From: Bacilli bacterium
GTDB taxonomy: Bacteria; Bacillota_I; Bacilli_A; RFN20; CAG-826
Assembly: GCA_017477255.1 (NCBI GenBank)
Contig: JAFUXB010000003.1
Coordinates: 19,697-83,696, forward strand
Length of the DNA stretch: 64,000 nucleotides
Direction: 5' to 3'
Shown here: positions 9,101-17,782 of the stretch, one piece after another
Layout of the letters: each line of letters starts with the position of its first letter
How positions within the stretch are numbered: position 1 is the first letter of the stretch
Notes under the pieces: model-generated
What the model saw: only the letters and a program-made list of their open reading frames with translations
Databases searched by the model: none
What the model was told of the DNA's origin: nothing
Made by a program: the position numbers and the translations under genes

Positions 9101-10514
9101 ATTTACAAAAGATTTATTAGGTGAGAAAAACGTTTATAGAGCAGGAACAATTTCAACTGTTCAAGAAAAAACAGCATTTGGTTATGTTAGAAAATATATT
9201 GAAAGTTTCTTAAAAGAAAATCCTGATAATTATGACGGAAATTATATTGCTGCTTTAGCTTATGGATGCGTTGGAACTAAACGTACAACAGGACAGCACC
9301 CTGGTGGAATCGTTGTTATTCCAAATAAAAATGATGTTACTGACTTTACACCAATTCAATGGCCAGCAGGTGATACTGAATCAAGTTGGAAAACAACACA
9401 CTTCGATTTCCATAAAATCCACGATACAATCTTAAAACTTGATATGTTAGGACACGTAGATCCTCAAGCTTTGAAGATGATGTGTGACTTAAAAGGAATT
9501 GATTATAAAGCTATTCCATTAAACGATAGAAAAGTTTATTCATTATTTATTAATGATGATGCTTTAAACATGCAACATAAATATATGAAACCAGATAATG
9601 GAGCATTAGGACTTCCTGAATTTGGTACAAAAATATGTAGACAACTTTTAAGAGAAGCTAAACCTCATAATTTTGCTGAAATTGCTGTTGTTTCTGGATT
9701 ATCTCATGGAACTAATGTTTGGGCAAATAACCAAGAAGATTTAATTTTAAATGGAATTACTGATTTAAATGGTCTTATCGGATGTCGTGATGATATTATG
9801 GTTTATTTAATTTCTAAAGGAATTGAACCATCAAAAGCCTTTAGTATCATGGAAACTGTTAGAAAAACAGGTAAGAAATTATCTTTAGATGATTTAGAAG
9901 TAATGAAAGAACATGATGTCCCTCAATATTATATTGATGCATGTAATAAAATTGCTTATTTATTCCCTAAAGGACATGCTTGTGCATACTCAATTATGGC
10001 TTTAAGAGTTGGATATTTTAAGATTTATTATCCATTAGAATTTTATGCTACATATTTCACTTTAAGATGTGATCAATACGAAATTGAAACTATGATAAAA
10101 GATATTGATGGAGTAAATGATAGAATTAATGAACTCAGATCAAAAGAAGCATCAAAAATGAAATTAACTGATAAAGAAAAAGCTATTTTAGATACTTTGC
10201 TTGTTGTTTTAGAAATGTACGAAAGAGGCATTAAGATTAAAAATATTGATTTAGAAAAATCCGATGCTTCCGCATTTATTGTTGATGAAGAAGATAATGC
10301 TTTAATTCCTCCATTTAAAGTTTTAGATGGACTTGGTGAAATTGCTGGACAAAGTGTAGTAGATGCTAGAAAAGAAAGACCATTCTCTTCAAAAGACGAT
10401 TTATTAAAAAGAACAAAACTCAGTAAGACTAACGTTGAACAATTAAGTAGACTTGGAGCTTTGAAAAATTTGCAAAATGATGAAGAAATCTCACTTTTTG
10501 ATTTCTCGTTTTAA
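6147..10514 (+). CDS. polC: DNA polymerase III alpha subunit, PolC type
   Basis: 1455 aa. PHP region (ELHLHTKMSEMDG), DEDDh exonuclease (FVCFDLETTG ... HRADYDA), Zn module CPNCKH...CPECG, polymerase core. Confidence 0.97.
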   Translation: MEFEVDSKILRFLKSIGIENSDPYDFNFVSISASGEDKKHYSYVIQKFSPWNYADLDRFINALGNITTYTFDLSFIYSFNYSFDDLLPLIKEWYTSKFFEPCDFFDISLKGSVLNIIQYKEHPNFEAKMDELMSFLRFIGLSYNLKITEKYKEEENKKVVINEEEIAKGNEENFNQIVEKTEEEIILEAKNNYKLMLEERKNSKMWKRGDYVHVLCSQIDSNSQNVDVDGKIFQISNRELKNKKVMFNIGIFDDTGAITVKAIANNNSMPIEVLSKLDPGKNIRVRGAIAIDSFRGNNYINCHFLDLLPDDELRNDDYEGKKRVELHLHTKMSEMDGVSEIEDYVKLAKHMGHEAIAVTDHGVVQSFPNAQEVAKKTGMKILYGCELYMIEDYLKGSKNATDLKLNDATFVCFDLETTGLSTTYDKITEFAGVKMRNGVEIDRLDILINPEMKIPEKIVKKTHITNEMVADKPTIKEALPYILEFLKGTVLVSHNIEFDYGKLNEAMVNNGFGELNMPAIDTLDLSKFIFPSSLKHSLGALSKRLEIVYDDEDAHRADYDAQVLAKCFPLITDKLKEIFKDCTLKDIERLQMPKELFKARTFKTNHVVVLCRNQKGLKDLYEIVSTSHIEYMGNIPLTPRSLIEKYRDTLIVGSACFNGDVFYAARNLSKKDLRERIKFYDYIEIQPLENYSYLINMGEVDSVEELKKYLTDIVTIAKEENKLICATGDCHYCNPKDKVYRDIFIANQAVGGFNHPLYPFARQKMPHFENPDQHYRSTTEMLDAFSWLGEKDAYEFVVENTNKIAEMCEFIKPIPDGIFPPEIENCSNLLRELCYENLHKYYGENPLPEIKERLDNELNGIINNGYSVTYYIAHKLVKLSNDAGYIVGSRGSVGSSFAATMAGITEVNPLAPHYRCPNCKHTEFYKGNEYRDGYDLPDKFCPECGTLMIGDGHNIPFQTFLGFNAEKVPDIDLNFPADYQSTAFEFTKDLLGEKNVYRAGTISTVQEKTAFGYVRKYIESFLKENPDNYDGNYIAALAYGCVGTKRTTGQHPGGIVVIPNKNDVTDFTPIQWPAGDTESSWKTTHFDFHKIHDTILKLDMLGHVDPQALKMMCDLKGIDYKAIPLNDRKVYSLFINDDALNMQHKYMKPDNGALGLPEFGTKICRQLLREAKPHNFAEIAVVSGLSHGTNVWANNQEDLILNGITDLNGLIGCRDDIMVYLISKGIEPSKAFSIMETVRKTGKKLSLDDLEVMKEHDVPQYYIDACNKIAYLFPKGHACAYSIMALRVGYFKIYYPLEFYATYFTLRCDQYEIETMIKDIDGVNDRINELRSKEASKMKLTDKEKAILDTLLVVLEMYERGIKIKNIDLEKSDASAFIVDEEDNALIPPFKVLDGLGEIAGQSVVDARKERPFSSKDDLLKRTKLSKTNVEQLSRLGALKNLQNDEEISLFDFSF

Positions 10515-10515
10515 T

Positions 10516-10593
10516 GCCCCTGTAACTCAGCCCGGATAGAGTAGCACCCTCCTAAGGTGAAAGTCGTACGTTCAAATCGTATCAGGGGCGCCA
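10516..10593 (+). tRNA. tRNA-Arg (anticodon CCU), CCA encoded
   Basis: Cloverleaf folded by hand: acceptor GCCCCTG/CAGGGGC, D stem ACTC/GAGT, anticodon loop CT-CCT-AA, T arm GTACG-TTCAAAT-CGTAT, G73-CCA. Starts 2 nt after the polC stop. Confidence 0.85.
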
Positions 10594-10605
10594 ATCGCTA
10601 ATTAC

Positions 10606-10640
10606 AGTATCGAAATCAATCGATGCTTTTTTATTTTTTT
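10606..10640 (+). terminator. Rho-independent terminator after polC-tRNA-Arg
   Basis: Stem AGTATCGA / TCGATGCT (one G-U pair), 6-nt loop, then TTTTTTATTTTTTT. Confidence 0.6.
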
Positions 10641-10863
10641 ACAATTTCGAATGTCTAATTTTGTAAGAATTCGCAAATTTGATAATAGAGTCGGGAAACG
10701 TTTTAAATCCTCTCCAGGGTGGTTACCGATTTAAATAAACAATTGTGGTTACTTAAAGTTTAAGTTGATAGCAACATATCAAAGCTAAGTAGCAAATATA
10801 TAAAACTAATAACAACCTATCATTTTAATATAGTAAGTTTTTAATTTAATATGAGTTACAAAA

Positions 10864-10872
10864 TGATATAAT
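10864..10872 (+). promoter_or_regulatory. Extended -10 promoter element (TGaTATAAT) for the 1065-aa ORF
   Basis: TGATATAAT ends 13 nt before ATG 10886 and no SD sequence lies between, implying a very short leader. Confidence 0.35.
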
Positions 10873-10885
10873 AGAATATATTTTT

Positions 10886-13800
10886 ATGAATTTATCTCAG
10901 AAAAACAGAATACTTTCTTTTGTTGAAGAAATAGATAGCCTTAACTTATCTAAGTACGTTTTCAATTCTAATTACGCAAATATTGACGGTTTTGAATCCA
11001 GAGTCATTCAAATTTATGAGTGTCTTTTTAAAAATGTCTTTTTGCCAGTTAATTATAAATATAAGAAACCTAATTTCCATACTTTATTAACATCCCGAGA
11101 CAGAGAAATTTTCAAAGTTAGAAATAATATTTTAAAGCTCGATTCTCATGATTGTGATTTCCTTTTGAAAATAGCTCAATATACCAGAAACCCATTGGAA
11201 CATGGCACTTATAAGAAAAGCGATGATTCTCTCAAAGAAAAGCTGGCAGAGATTCTTTTTTGTTCTTTAAAGAACGCATACGAGTACAAAACCAACAATT
11301 CTTTAGACGTTTCTTTTTCTGACTTCTTAGAGTCTCTCAAATATTCTAAAGAGCAACAATTAGAAAAGAGCAATAAGGAATTGAAACAAAGCAACGAAGA
11401 AAAAGATAAGATAATTGCTGAATTAAACGAAAAACTTTCTTTATCGATTAATAAAGTTGAAATCATAAGCGTAAAACCAAAAAAAAGAGCCACTAAAGTA
11501 GTGGAAAAAAAAGAACTAAAAATTGAAAAAGAAATAAAATACTCAAAAATTCAAAAGAATGATAAATATATAATCCCTAAAGAATTAGGTCAAGATACAG
11601 TTGCGCCTCATTCTTCCCATATTGATATTGCTTTTGACTTCCTTGAAAAGGGATGGTTTGAAGAAGCTAAAAAAGAGATTTTAGGATCAACTCACCCTTT
11701 AACAAGCTATGTTCTATTTTTGGCGAATAATAACTTAAAAAATATTAATGATTTAATCTCTTCATCAAACTATGAGTTGTTACTTAGCGACCTAATAAAA
11801 TTATTGAGTGAATTACCAGTTAAGAATGTTCGTGAAATTACTTCTCAACTTATAGTTGCTTTCTGTTCAATTGGACCAAAAGACACAAAGAAAAAAATTG
11901 ATGTATTCGCATCATTAATATCTATGACAACTTCTAATGAAAATAACTTCAAAGATAACTTCTTTGAATATTTGCTTAAATCTGAGAGTGAATTTGAAGT
12001 TTTACGTGGTGGGTTTGACTTATATTTCTCATCATTTAAAGATAGCGAATATGGTGCATCGATTATAAAAGCTTTTGAAACAATGCTTAAGAGACATCAA
12101 TTTAACTTAATGTTTAATGTTAAGGAAGTGGTCCTATACAACATTGAAGATCCTACAATAATTAGAATGATGTTTATGGCCCAAGCTAGAGCTGAGTCTT
12201 TTGATAAAGTGTTTATAGGTCTGGATGGGGTTTTTAATTCGTCATATCTAAGCCCTTTACTTAATTATGATTTTTATAATGACAAAAAGGAATTTGAAAC
12301 TTTAAAGGGATGGATAATTAGAAGTATTAAAAATTCATCCAAGTTGATTGGGGTTCACAAAGAAACCAATGCAATTGTTTTATTAAATTGCATATCTCAA
12401 TATTTAGATGAAAAAGAATATTGTTCTTTAATTGACTTGTTGGTTGATTTATTCAAGACCGAACAAGTATGGACATCACACACAAAAGAGTGCTTACTTT
12501 TAATCGATTTACTTAGAAATAAACCTTCAACTATTTCAGAAATGATTAATTGTTGGGTTAAGAGTTCTAAAGATAATCGTTTTGATTTTTATAAAGAAGC
12601 AGTTTCTAAAGCTACTAAATATTGTTTAGATGATGATACTTTATTGAAAATAAACATCTTGTTATCTTTGTCGCTGAATTACAATTATAAACCTTTCAGC
12701 AAGAATCCAAAAGGAATATCTTCTATCCAAATAGAAAACTATTTAAAATTGTCTGATGACTATGAATTCATAGATCATTTATTAACGGCGATCGTGAGAG
12801 AAGCTAACGAAATAAACATAATTGTTTATTCTAATGCGTTTGAGATTCTTCTCCCATATTTCAAAGGTAATGAAAAAGACACATTTGAGAAGATTAAGGG
12901 GCTCGCTTCTAAACTAGTTGAAGCTAGTAAATTTGATATTGCTGAGAAATTCTACAGATATATGCTAAGTTTAAATATAAATTCAAGCGTATGTTACTGG
13001 GGATTATTGTTTTGCGAATATAAAGTTTCAAATATTGAGCAGTTATCTAATGTAGAGAATTTATATGATAATGAAAAATTCCAAGCGACCCTTCATTCTA
13101 GCAAAGAAGAAAGTCCTGAAATTTATAAAAAATGTTTGGATGTATACTCTAGCCATAAAGTCAATAAAGCGAATCGTATAAAAGAAGCTAAGAATAAGCG
13201 TGAACGCAGACTATCATTTATCGTTGCTCTATCACAAGTTATTTCAATGTTTGCTTTCGCAGCAGTAGGCTTTTTAAATGCCGCTGTTATGTGGCCTTTC
13301 TTTATAGTAGCAGCCATTATCTTAGTTTCAATTATTCTTTATCAAAATGTACTTGTCTATCCACCAAAGAGAAATCTAATTAGTGGAATCGTTATTCTTT
13401 GTGCTGAGGTGATTTCTTGGTCTGTCCTCGCTGGTGTTCATATTGGCAGAGCAGCAATGGCAGCAACTCATTACAATGAGTTAAGTAATATGATGATGGA
13501 CGTCAGATATGAGTTAGATGCTTATTTAATTAAAAAGAAAATTAGAGAAATCCCATATACATATCGAAATATCGGATCCATTAAAAATGAATTAAAAGAT
13601 CTTGAATGGGCATTTAATCGTCCATATGGAAGAGAAGAATTCAGCAAAGTAAATAATTTTAGCGTCAATCATTCAAATTGGGATTGTTCAGCGTTCCTTT
13701 ATGATTACAATTTTAAATCTTTATTTTTTGGTGCAAATTGGAAGGTTGACGGAACAAGCGAGACTCTTTATTACTATCGTGATAGTTCAAAAAACGAAAG

Positions 13801-14083
13801 ATTCTCAGCTCCTTCAAGCATTTTGCCTAATGACATGCAATTAGGGAAAGATTACTATTTTTACGATGAATACGATTACCTAAACGATAAGGATGCATTA
13901 GTTAACCAATACATGAAAATCGGATTCGTAAATAAGAACGATCCATCAGATAAATTCTTAGCTTACGAATTTAGTTGCTATCATTTTAATAAAGATGGTC
14001 AAATACGTATCGAAGTGTTCTGCTATAGTGATAGTAGTAATCATTATTTAATCTATGATGCCGAACATTACCGCTATATATAA
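10886..14083 (+). CDS. Large orphan membrane protein
   Basis: Uninterrupted 1065-aa ORF with no family I recognise. Layout: N-terminal helical domain, coiled coil, long helical-repeat region, 3 TM helices, C-terminal ~200-aa domain. Coiled-coil/K-E-rich stretch around aa 150-220. Three hydrophobic helices around aa 775-855 (nt ~13210-13450). Codon usage richer in CGT/GCG/TCG than the flanking core genes. Confidence 0.75.
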   Translation: MNLSQKNRILSFVEEIDSLNLSKYVFNSNYANIDGFESRVIQIYECLFKNVFLPVNYKYKKPNFHTLLTSRDREIFKVRNNILKLDSHDCDFLLKIAQYTRNPLEHGTYKKSDDSLKEKLAEILFCSLKNAYEYKTNNSLDVSFSDFLESLKYSKEQQLEKSNKELKQSNEEKDKIIAELNEKLSLSINKVEIISVKPKKRATKVVEKKELKIEKEIKYSKIQKNDKYIIPKELGQDTVAPHSSHIDIAFDFLEKGWFEEAKKEILGSTHPLTSYVLFLANNNLKNINDLISSSNYELLLSDLIKLLSELPVKNVREITSQLIVAFCSIGPKDTKKKIDVFASLISMTTSNENNFKDNFFEYLLKSESEFEVLRGGFDLYFSSFKDSEYGASIIKAFETMLKRHQFNLMFNVKEVVLYNIEDPTIIRMMFMAQARAESFDKVFIGLDGVFNSSYLSPLLNYDFYNDKKEFETLKGWIIRSIKNSSKLIGVHKETNAIVLLNCISQYLDEKEYCSLIDLLVDLFKTEQVWTSHTKECLLLIDLLRNKPSTISEMINCWVKSSKDNRFDFYKEAVSKATKYCLDDDTLLKINILLSLSLNYNYKPFSKNPKGISSIQIENYLKLSDDYEFIDHLLTAIVREANEINIIVYSNAFEILLPYFKGNEKDTFEKIKGLASKLVEASKFDIAEKFYRYMLSLNINSSVCYWGLLFCEYKVSNIEQLSNVENLYDNEKFQATLHSSKEESPEIYKKCLDVYSSHKVNKANRIKEAKNKRERRLSFIVALSQVISMFAFAAVGFLNAAVMWPFFIVAAIILVSIILYQNVLVYPPKRNLISGIVILCAEVISWSVLAGVHIGRAAMAATHYNELSNMMMDVRYELDAYLIKKKIREIPYTYRNIGSIKNELKDLEWAFNRPYGREEFSKVNNFSVNHSNWDCSAFLYDYNFKSLFFGANWKVDGTSETLYYYRDSSKNERFSAPSSILPNDMQLGKDYYFYDEYDYLNDKDALVNQYMKIGFVNKNDPSDKFLAYEFSCYHFNKDGQIRIEVFCYSDSSNHYLIYDAEHYRYI

Positions 14084-14227
14084 GATAAGTTATTTGAAGC
14101 GTAGTTTATAATTGATCTAACTCTATACATAGTGTGATGTCATTTCACCCATAACAATTTACTATTAATGTCATTACATTAAGACATTTCAAATTTTGCA
14201 AGTTAATAACTTGTCAGAATTCAGAAC

Positions 14228-14257
14228 AGTACTACTAAGTAGTACTTTTTTGTTTTT
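14228..14257 (+). terminator. Rho-independent terminator after the 1065-aa ORF
   Basis: Stem AGTACTAC / GTAGTACT, loop TAA, then TTTTTTGTTTTT. Confidence 0.75.
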
Positions 14258-14540
14258 ATGGAGATAATCATTGGGCAAAAGAATAGCCCAATTTATCGAA
14301 ATGGGCAGAATTTGAACAGTCGGCCAATTAGACCTCAACGTGACTCCAAACCAATTCAAGTCACATTTAGGTTGCCTTTTATCTATTAAAATAGATTCCA
14401 AAGTCTACGTTTTATAATTGTGCTTTTATTTTAATTTGGGTATTTACTATTTAAGACCTTAGACTAAATTCATCCATTAGGATGTCATTTAACCTTCTTA
14501 AAGAATCAAAAAATAATTATATTTATAAAAATAATAAAAG

Positions 14541-14549
14541 TGCTATAAT
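14541..14549 (+). promoter_or_regulatory. Extended -10 promoter element (TGcTATAAT) upstream of the ABC exporter genes
   Basis: Consensus TGnTATAAT 44 nt upstream of ATG 14593. Confidence 0.45.
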
Positions 14550-14556
14550 CTCATAT

Positions 14557-14574
14557 AGTTAGTCATTACTAACT
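14557..14574 (+). promoter_or_regulatory. Perfect 7-bp inverted repeat at the predicted 5' end of the ABC exporter transcript
   Basis: AGTTAGT-CATT-ACTAACT lies between the -10 and the RBS (AAGGAA). Could be an operator or a 5' stabilising hairpin; function not determinable. Confidence 0.3.
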
Positions 14575-14592
14575 CTAATTAAAGGAACGTGT

Positions 14593-15294
14593 ATGAGTCT
14601 AATAGAATTTAAAAATGTGAGTCGTATTTATAAAGTAGGCGACCACGAACAAAAAGCACTAGATGATATAAATTTAAAAATAGAACAAGGTAAATTCATC
14701 GTTATTTTGGGACCTAGTGGTGCAGGTAAATCAACCTTGCTTAATTTATTAGGTGGTTTAGATTCGCCCACTAACGGGACGATATTAGTGGAAGGCAATG
14801 ATATATCTAAACTCGATAATAATGCTTTGGCGGATTATCGTGCTTCGACAGTTGGATTTGTTTTTCAATCATATAATTTAATTCCAACTTTAACCGTTTT
14901 TGAGAATGTCTCATTAGTTAAAGAAATAGTTAAAGATCCTTTATCTGTTAATGAAATGCTTGAACAAGTTGGTTTGGCTGATCACAAAGATAAATTTCCT
15001 TCTGAATTAAGTGGTGGGGAACAACAAAGAGTTTCTATCGCAAGGGCTTTAGCTAAAAATCCAAAGATTTTACTATGTGATGAACCAACAGGGGCTCTTG
15101 ATAGCGAAACAGGAGCAATGGTTTTAAAAGTTTTACTAATGATGGCGAGAAATTATCAAAAAACCATTATTATTGTCACTCACAATCAAAATATCGCCAA
15201 AATGGCTGACACTATTATAAGAGTAAAATCTGGTCATATTAAAGAAATTATTAATCAAGATAAACCATTAAGTGTTGATGAGGTGGATTGGTAA
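14593..15294 (+). CDS. ABC transporter ATP-binding protein (MacB/LolD/FtsE-like subfamily)
   Basis: Walker A GPSGAGKST, signature LSGGEQQR, Walker B ILLCDEPTGALD, H-loop VTHN. Confidence 0.9.
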   Translation: MSLIEFKNVSRIYKVGDHEQKALDDINLKIEQGKFIVILGPSGAGKSTLLNLLGGLDSPTNGTILVEGNDISKLDNNALADYRASTVGFVFQSYNLIPTLTVFENVSLVKEIVKDPLSVNEMLEQVGLADHKDKFPSELSGGEQQRVSIARALAKNPKILLCDEPTGALDSETGAMVLKVLLMMARNYQKTIIIVTHNQNIAKMADTIIRVKSGHIKEIINQDKPLSVDEVDW

Positions 15295-15296
15295 TT

Positions 15297-17588
15297 ATGC
15301 TATTTAAAAAATTATTAAGAACAATCTGGCATTACAAAGCTCAGTTTATTTCCATGATTATCATGGTCCTTTTAGGTATTGGTGTTTTTGTTGGTTTCCA
15401 AGGTGAATGGTATTCCATTGAAAAAGATACTTATTCTTTTTATAATTCCACCGGTTTTGCGGATTATCGCCTCGTAAGTGAAACTGGTTATTCTTTAGAA
15501 GAAATGAATAAGATAAGTGAAATAGAGGGAGTAAGTAAAGCCAGTCGTTATATTTCTATTAAAACTAATGAAAGTAAAGAAAATGATGTTGTCGCGGTCA
15601 CAATAACAACTGATTATGAAGTTTCTGGCTTTAAAGTCATTGATGGTGAACAATATGATAAAAACGCTCTTGATGCTATTTGGATAAGTGATCAATACGC
15701 TAATAAAAACAATTATAAATTAAACGATAATATTACTCTTAAATATGGTTCTATTTCTATAACTGGGCAAATAAAAGGGCTCATTAAATCAAGTGAATAT
15801 TTAATTTGTACACCTGACGAAAATCAAATGATGCCTGACTTTAACACATATGGTTATGTTTATATTTCTCCTGCGATGTATAAAAGTGTTTTAGGAGGAT
15901 TTGAATTTTATTCAGAAATACATGCTATATCTAGTCTTTCTAAGAAGGAATTTAGCGACTCAGCTAATGAGAAATTAGGAAAAACAAATCTTATCTTGAC
16001 TAAAAATGAAATCATCTCTTTTTCAGAAGCTCAAGGTGAAGCTACTGAAGGCAAAACAATGGCATCCATTTTGCCAGTCGTTTTTTTAGGTATCGCTGTT
16101 TTAATTATGGCCACTACAATGCAGAGATTAACAATCAATGAAAAAACACAAATTGGTACGCTTAAAGCGCTTGGTTTTAGAGACGCTAAGATTGTTAAGC
16201 ATTATACGCTATTTGGCTTATTTATTGGTGTCGTTGGTTCTATTTTAGGCATTGGTTTTGGCTATTTTATTGCTTGGTTTATTTTTAACCCAAATGGCTC
16301 AATGGGAACTTATTTTGATTTGCCAGATTGGGGCATTCATATGCCATGGTGGACTTTCTTAGTTGTTATCGCGGTTATTTTATTTATGACTTTAATCTCT
16401 TATATATCAGCGAAAAATATGCTAAAAGGAACTGCATCAGATGCTTTAAAACCATATACACCTAAAGCGATGAAAAGGTTAAAAATTGAAGATAGTAAAA
16501 GCTGGAGAAAATTAAAATTTGCCACAAAATGGAATCTTCGTGATTTATTCCGCCATAAAGCAAGAAGTGGCATGACTTTATTTGGGGTTTTTGGCTGTAC
16601 AATTTTACTAATTGCATCATTTTTAATGATGGATTCAATGGTGGGCTTTGTTAATAAGTTTTATTATGGTTCGTTAAATTATGAATCACAAATCTCATTA
16701 AAAGAAGAAACCACTAATGAAAAGGCTTTAGAAATTGTTTCTTATTATGAGGCTGATTATGCCGCGAGCACAAATGTCTCATTAAATGAAGAAGCAATTG
16801 CTATGGACATCTATGATGTGAGCCATAATTATGTACGCTTTTTAGATAAAGATATGAACTATGCTTCTTTAAAAGATGATGGCGTTTATATCGGTCAAAG
16901 ATTAATTGAATCTAATCATTTAAAAATAGGTGATGAATTTGAAGTTGCTGTTTTTGGCAGTGATATTAAATACACTCTTAAATTAGCGGGTGAGCTTAGA
17001 ACATTAACTAAAAGCGTTATTATGAGCGAAAATTACGCTAAGGAAAAAGGCATTAATTATAAAATTAATCAGATTTACACTAATAAGAATAAAGCCGATA
17101 TTAATAAAGATACCATTTATAGCGATTATATAAGCATCGTAAAAAGTAGAAACGACATTATCAAATCATTTGATAGCTTTATGGAAGTAATGTATGTGAT
17201 GATTGGGGCTTTAATCGTTTTATCAATTATTTTAGGTGTAGTTGTTTTATATAATTTAGGAACGATGTCATATTTTGAAAGATATAGAGAGTTATCAACT
17301 TTGAAAGTTGTAGGCTTTAAGGACAAAAAGATTGGTAAACTTTTAATAACACAAAATATGTGGTTAACAATCATTGGCTTTTTAATTGGCTTCCCAAGTG
17401 GCATTGGAGTGACTTATATTTTAGTGAAAGCTTTAGCGAGTGAATATGAAATGAAACTAATATTTGGTTGGATGACATTTGTCATTCCAATCATCTTAGT
17501 ATTTGGTGTTTCTTTGTTAGTCTCATGGCTTGTTTCTAAAAAGAATAAGAAAATCAATATGGTAGAAGCCCTTAAGGTGCCAGAATAA
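15297..17588 (+). CDS. ABC transporter permease, FtsX/MacB-type with two FtsX modules
   Basis: Start set at ATG 15297 (GAGGTGG RBS 10 nt upstream). About 763 aa. Two repeats of TM + large extracytoplasmic loop + 3 TM (LKALGFRD..., LKVVGFKD... motifs). Confidence 0.85.
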   Translation: MLFKKLLRTIWHYKAQFISMIIMVLLGIGVFVGFQGEWYSIEKDTYSFYNSTGFADYRLVSETGYSLEEMNKISEIEGVSKASRYISIKTNESKENDVVAVTITTDYEVSGFKVIDGEQYDKNALDAIWISDQYANKNNYKLNDNITLKYGSISITGQIKGLIKSSEYLICTPDENQMMPDFNTYGYVYISPAMYKSVLGGFEFYSEIHAISSLSKKEFSDSANEKLGKTNLILTKNEIISFSEAQGEATEGKTMASILPVVFLGIAVLIMATTMQRLTINEKTQIGTLKALGFRDAKIVKHYTLFGLFIGVVGSILGIGFGYFIAWFIFNPNGSMGTYFDLPDWGIHMPWWTFLVVIAVILFMTLISYISAKNMLKGTASDALKPYTPKAMKRLKIEDSKSWRKLKFATKWNLRDLFRHKARSGMTLFGVFGCTILLIASFLMMDSMVGFVNKFYYGSLNYESQISLKEETTNEKALEIVSYYEADYAASTNVSLNEEAIAMDIYDVSHNYVRFLDKDMNYASLKDDGVYIGQRLIESNHLKIGDEFEVAVFGSDIKYTLKLAGELRTLTKSVIMSENYAKEKGINYKINQIYTNKNKADINKDTIYSDYISIVKSRNDIIKSFDSFMEVMYVMIGALIVLSIILGVVVLYNLGTMSYFERYRELSTLKVVGFKDKKIGKLLITQNMWLTIIGFLIGFPSGIGVTYILVKALASEYEMKLIFGWMTFVIPIILVFGVSLLVSWLVSKKNKKINMVEALKVPE

Positions 17589-17782
17589 TAAATATAAGAA
17601 TGGAGCGGAAGCTCTGTTCTTTTTAATAAAATTTTTACAGAAACAAATGTTATAAATCTACTGATAAATAAATAGCTAATGCTCTATTGAAATTAAATAG
17701 ATTATTTATAAGGCAGATGATTAGTTCTAATCTTTTTATTTTAGATAAATCAATGTAAAATAATAAGGATAGGAGAAGCAAT

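Noticed and set aside
14189-14401. 70-aa minus-strand ORF in the spacer after the 1065-aa gene.
   Set aside because: It runs straight through the Rho-independent terminator hairpin (14228-14257), has no RBS, and has no recognisable sequence features. It is more likely non-coding spacer.
10516-17780. Classical integrase-mediated genomic island at tRNA-Arg.
   Set aside because: I looked for an integrase gene and for a direct repeat of the tRNA 3' end (…TTCAAATCGTATCAGGGGCGCCA) near 14.1-14.6 kb and 17.6-17.8 kb and found neither. Only the weaker claim (accessory segment with atypical codon usage) is kept.
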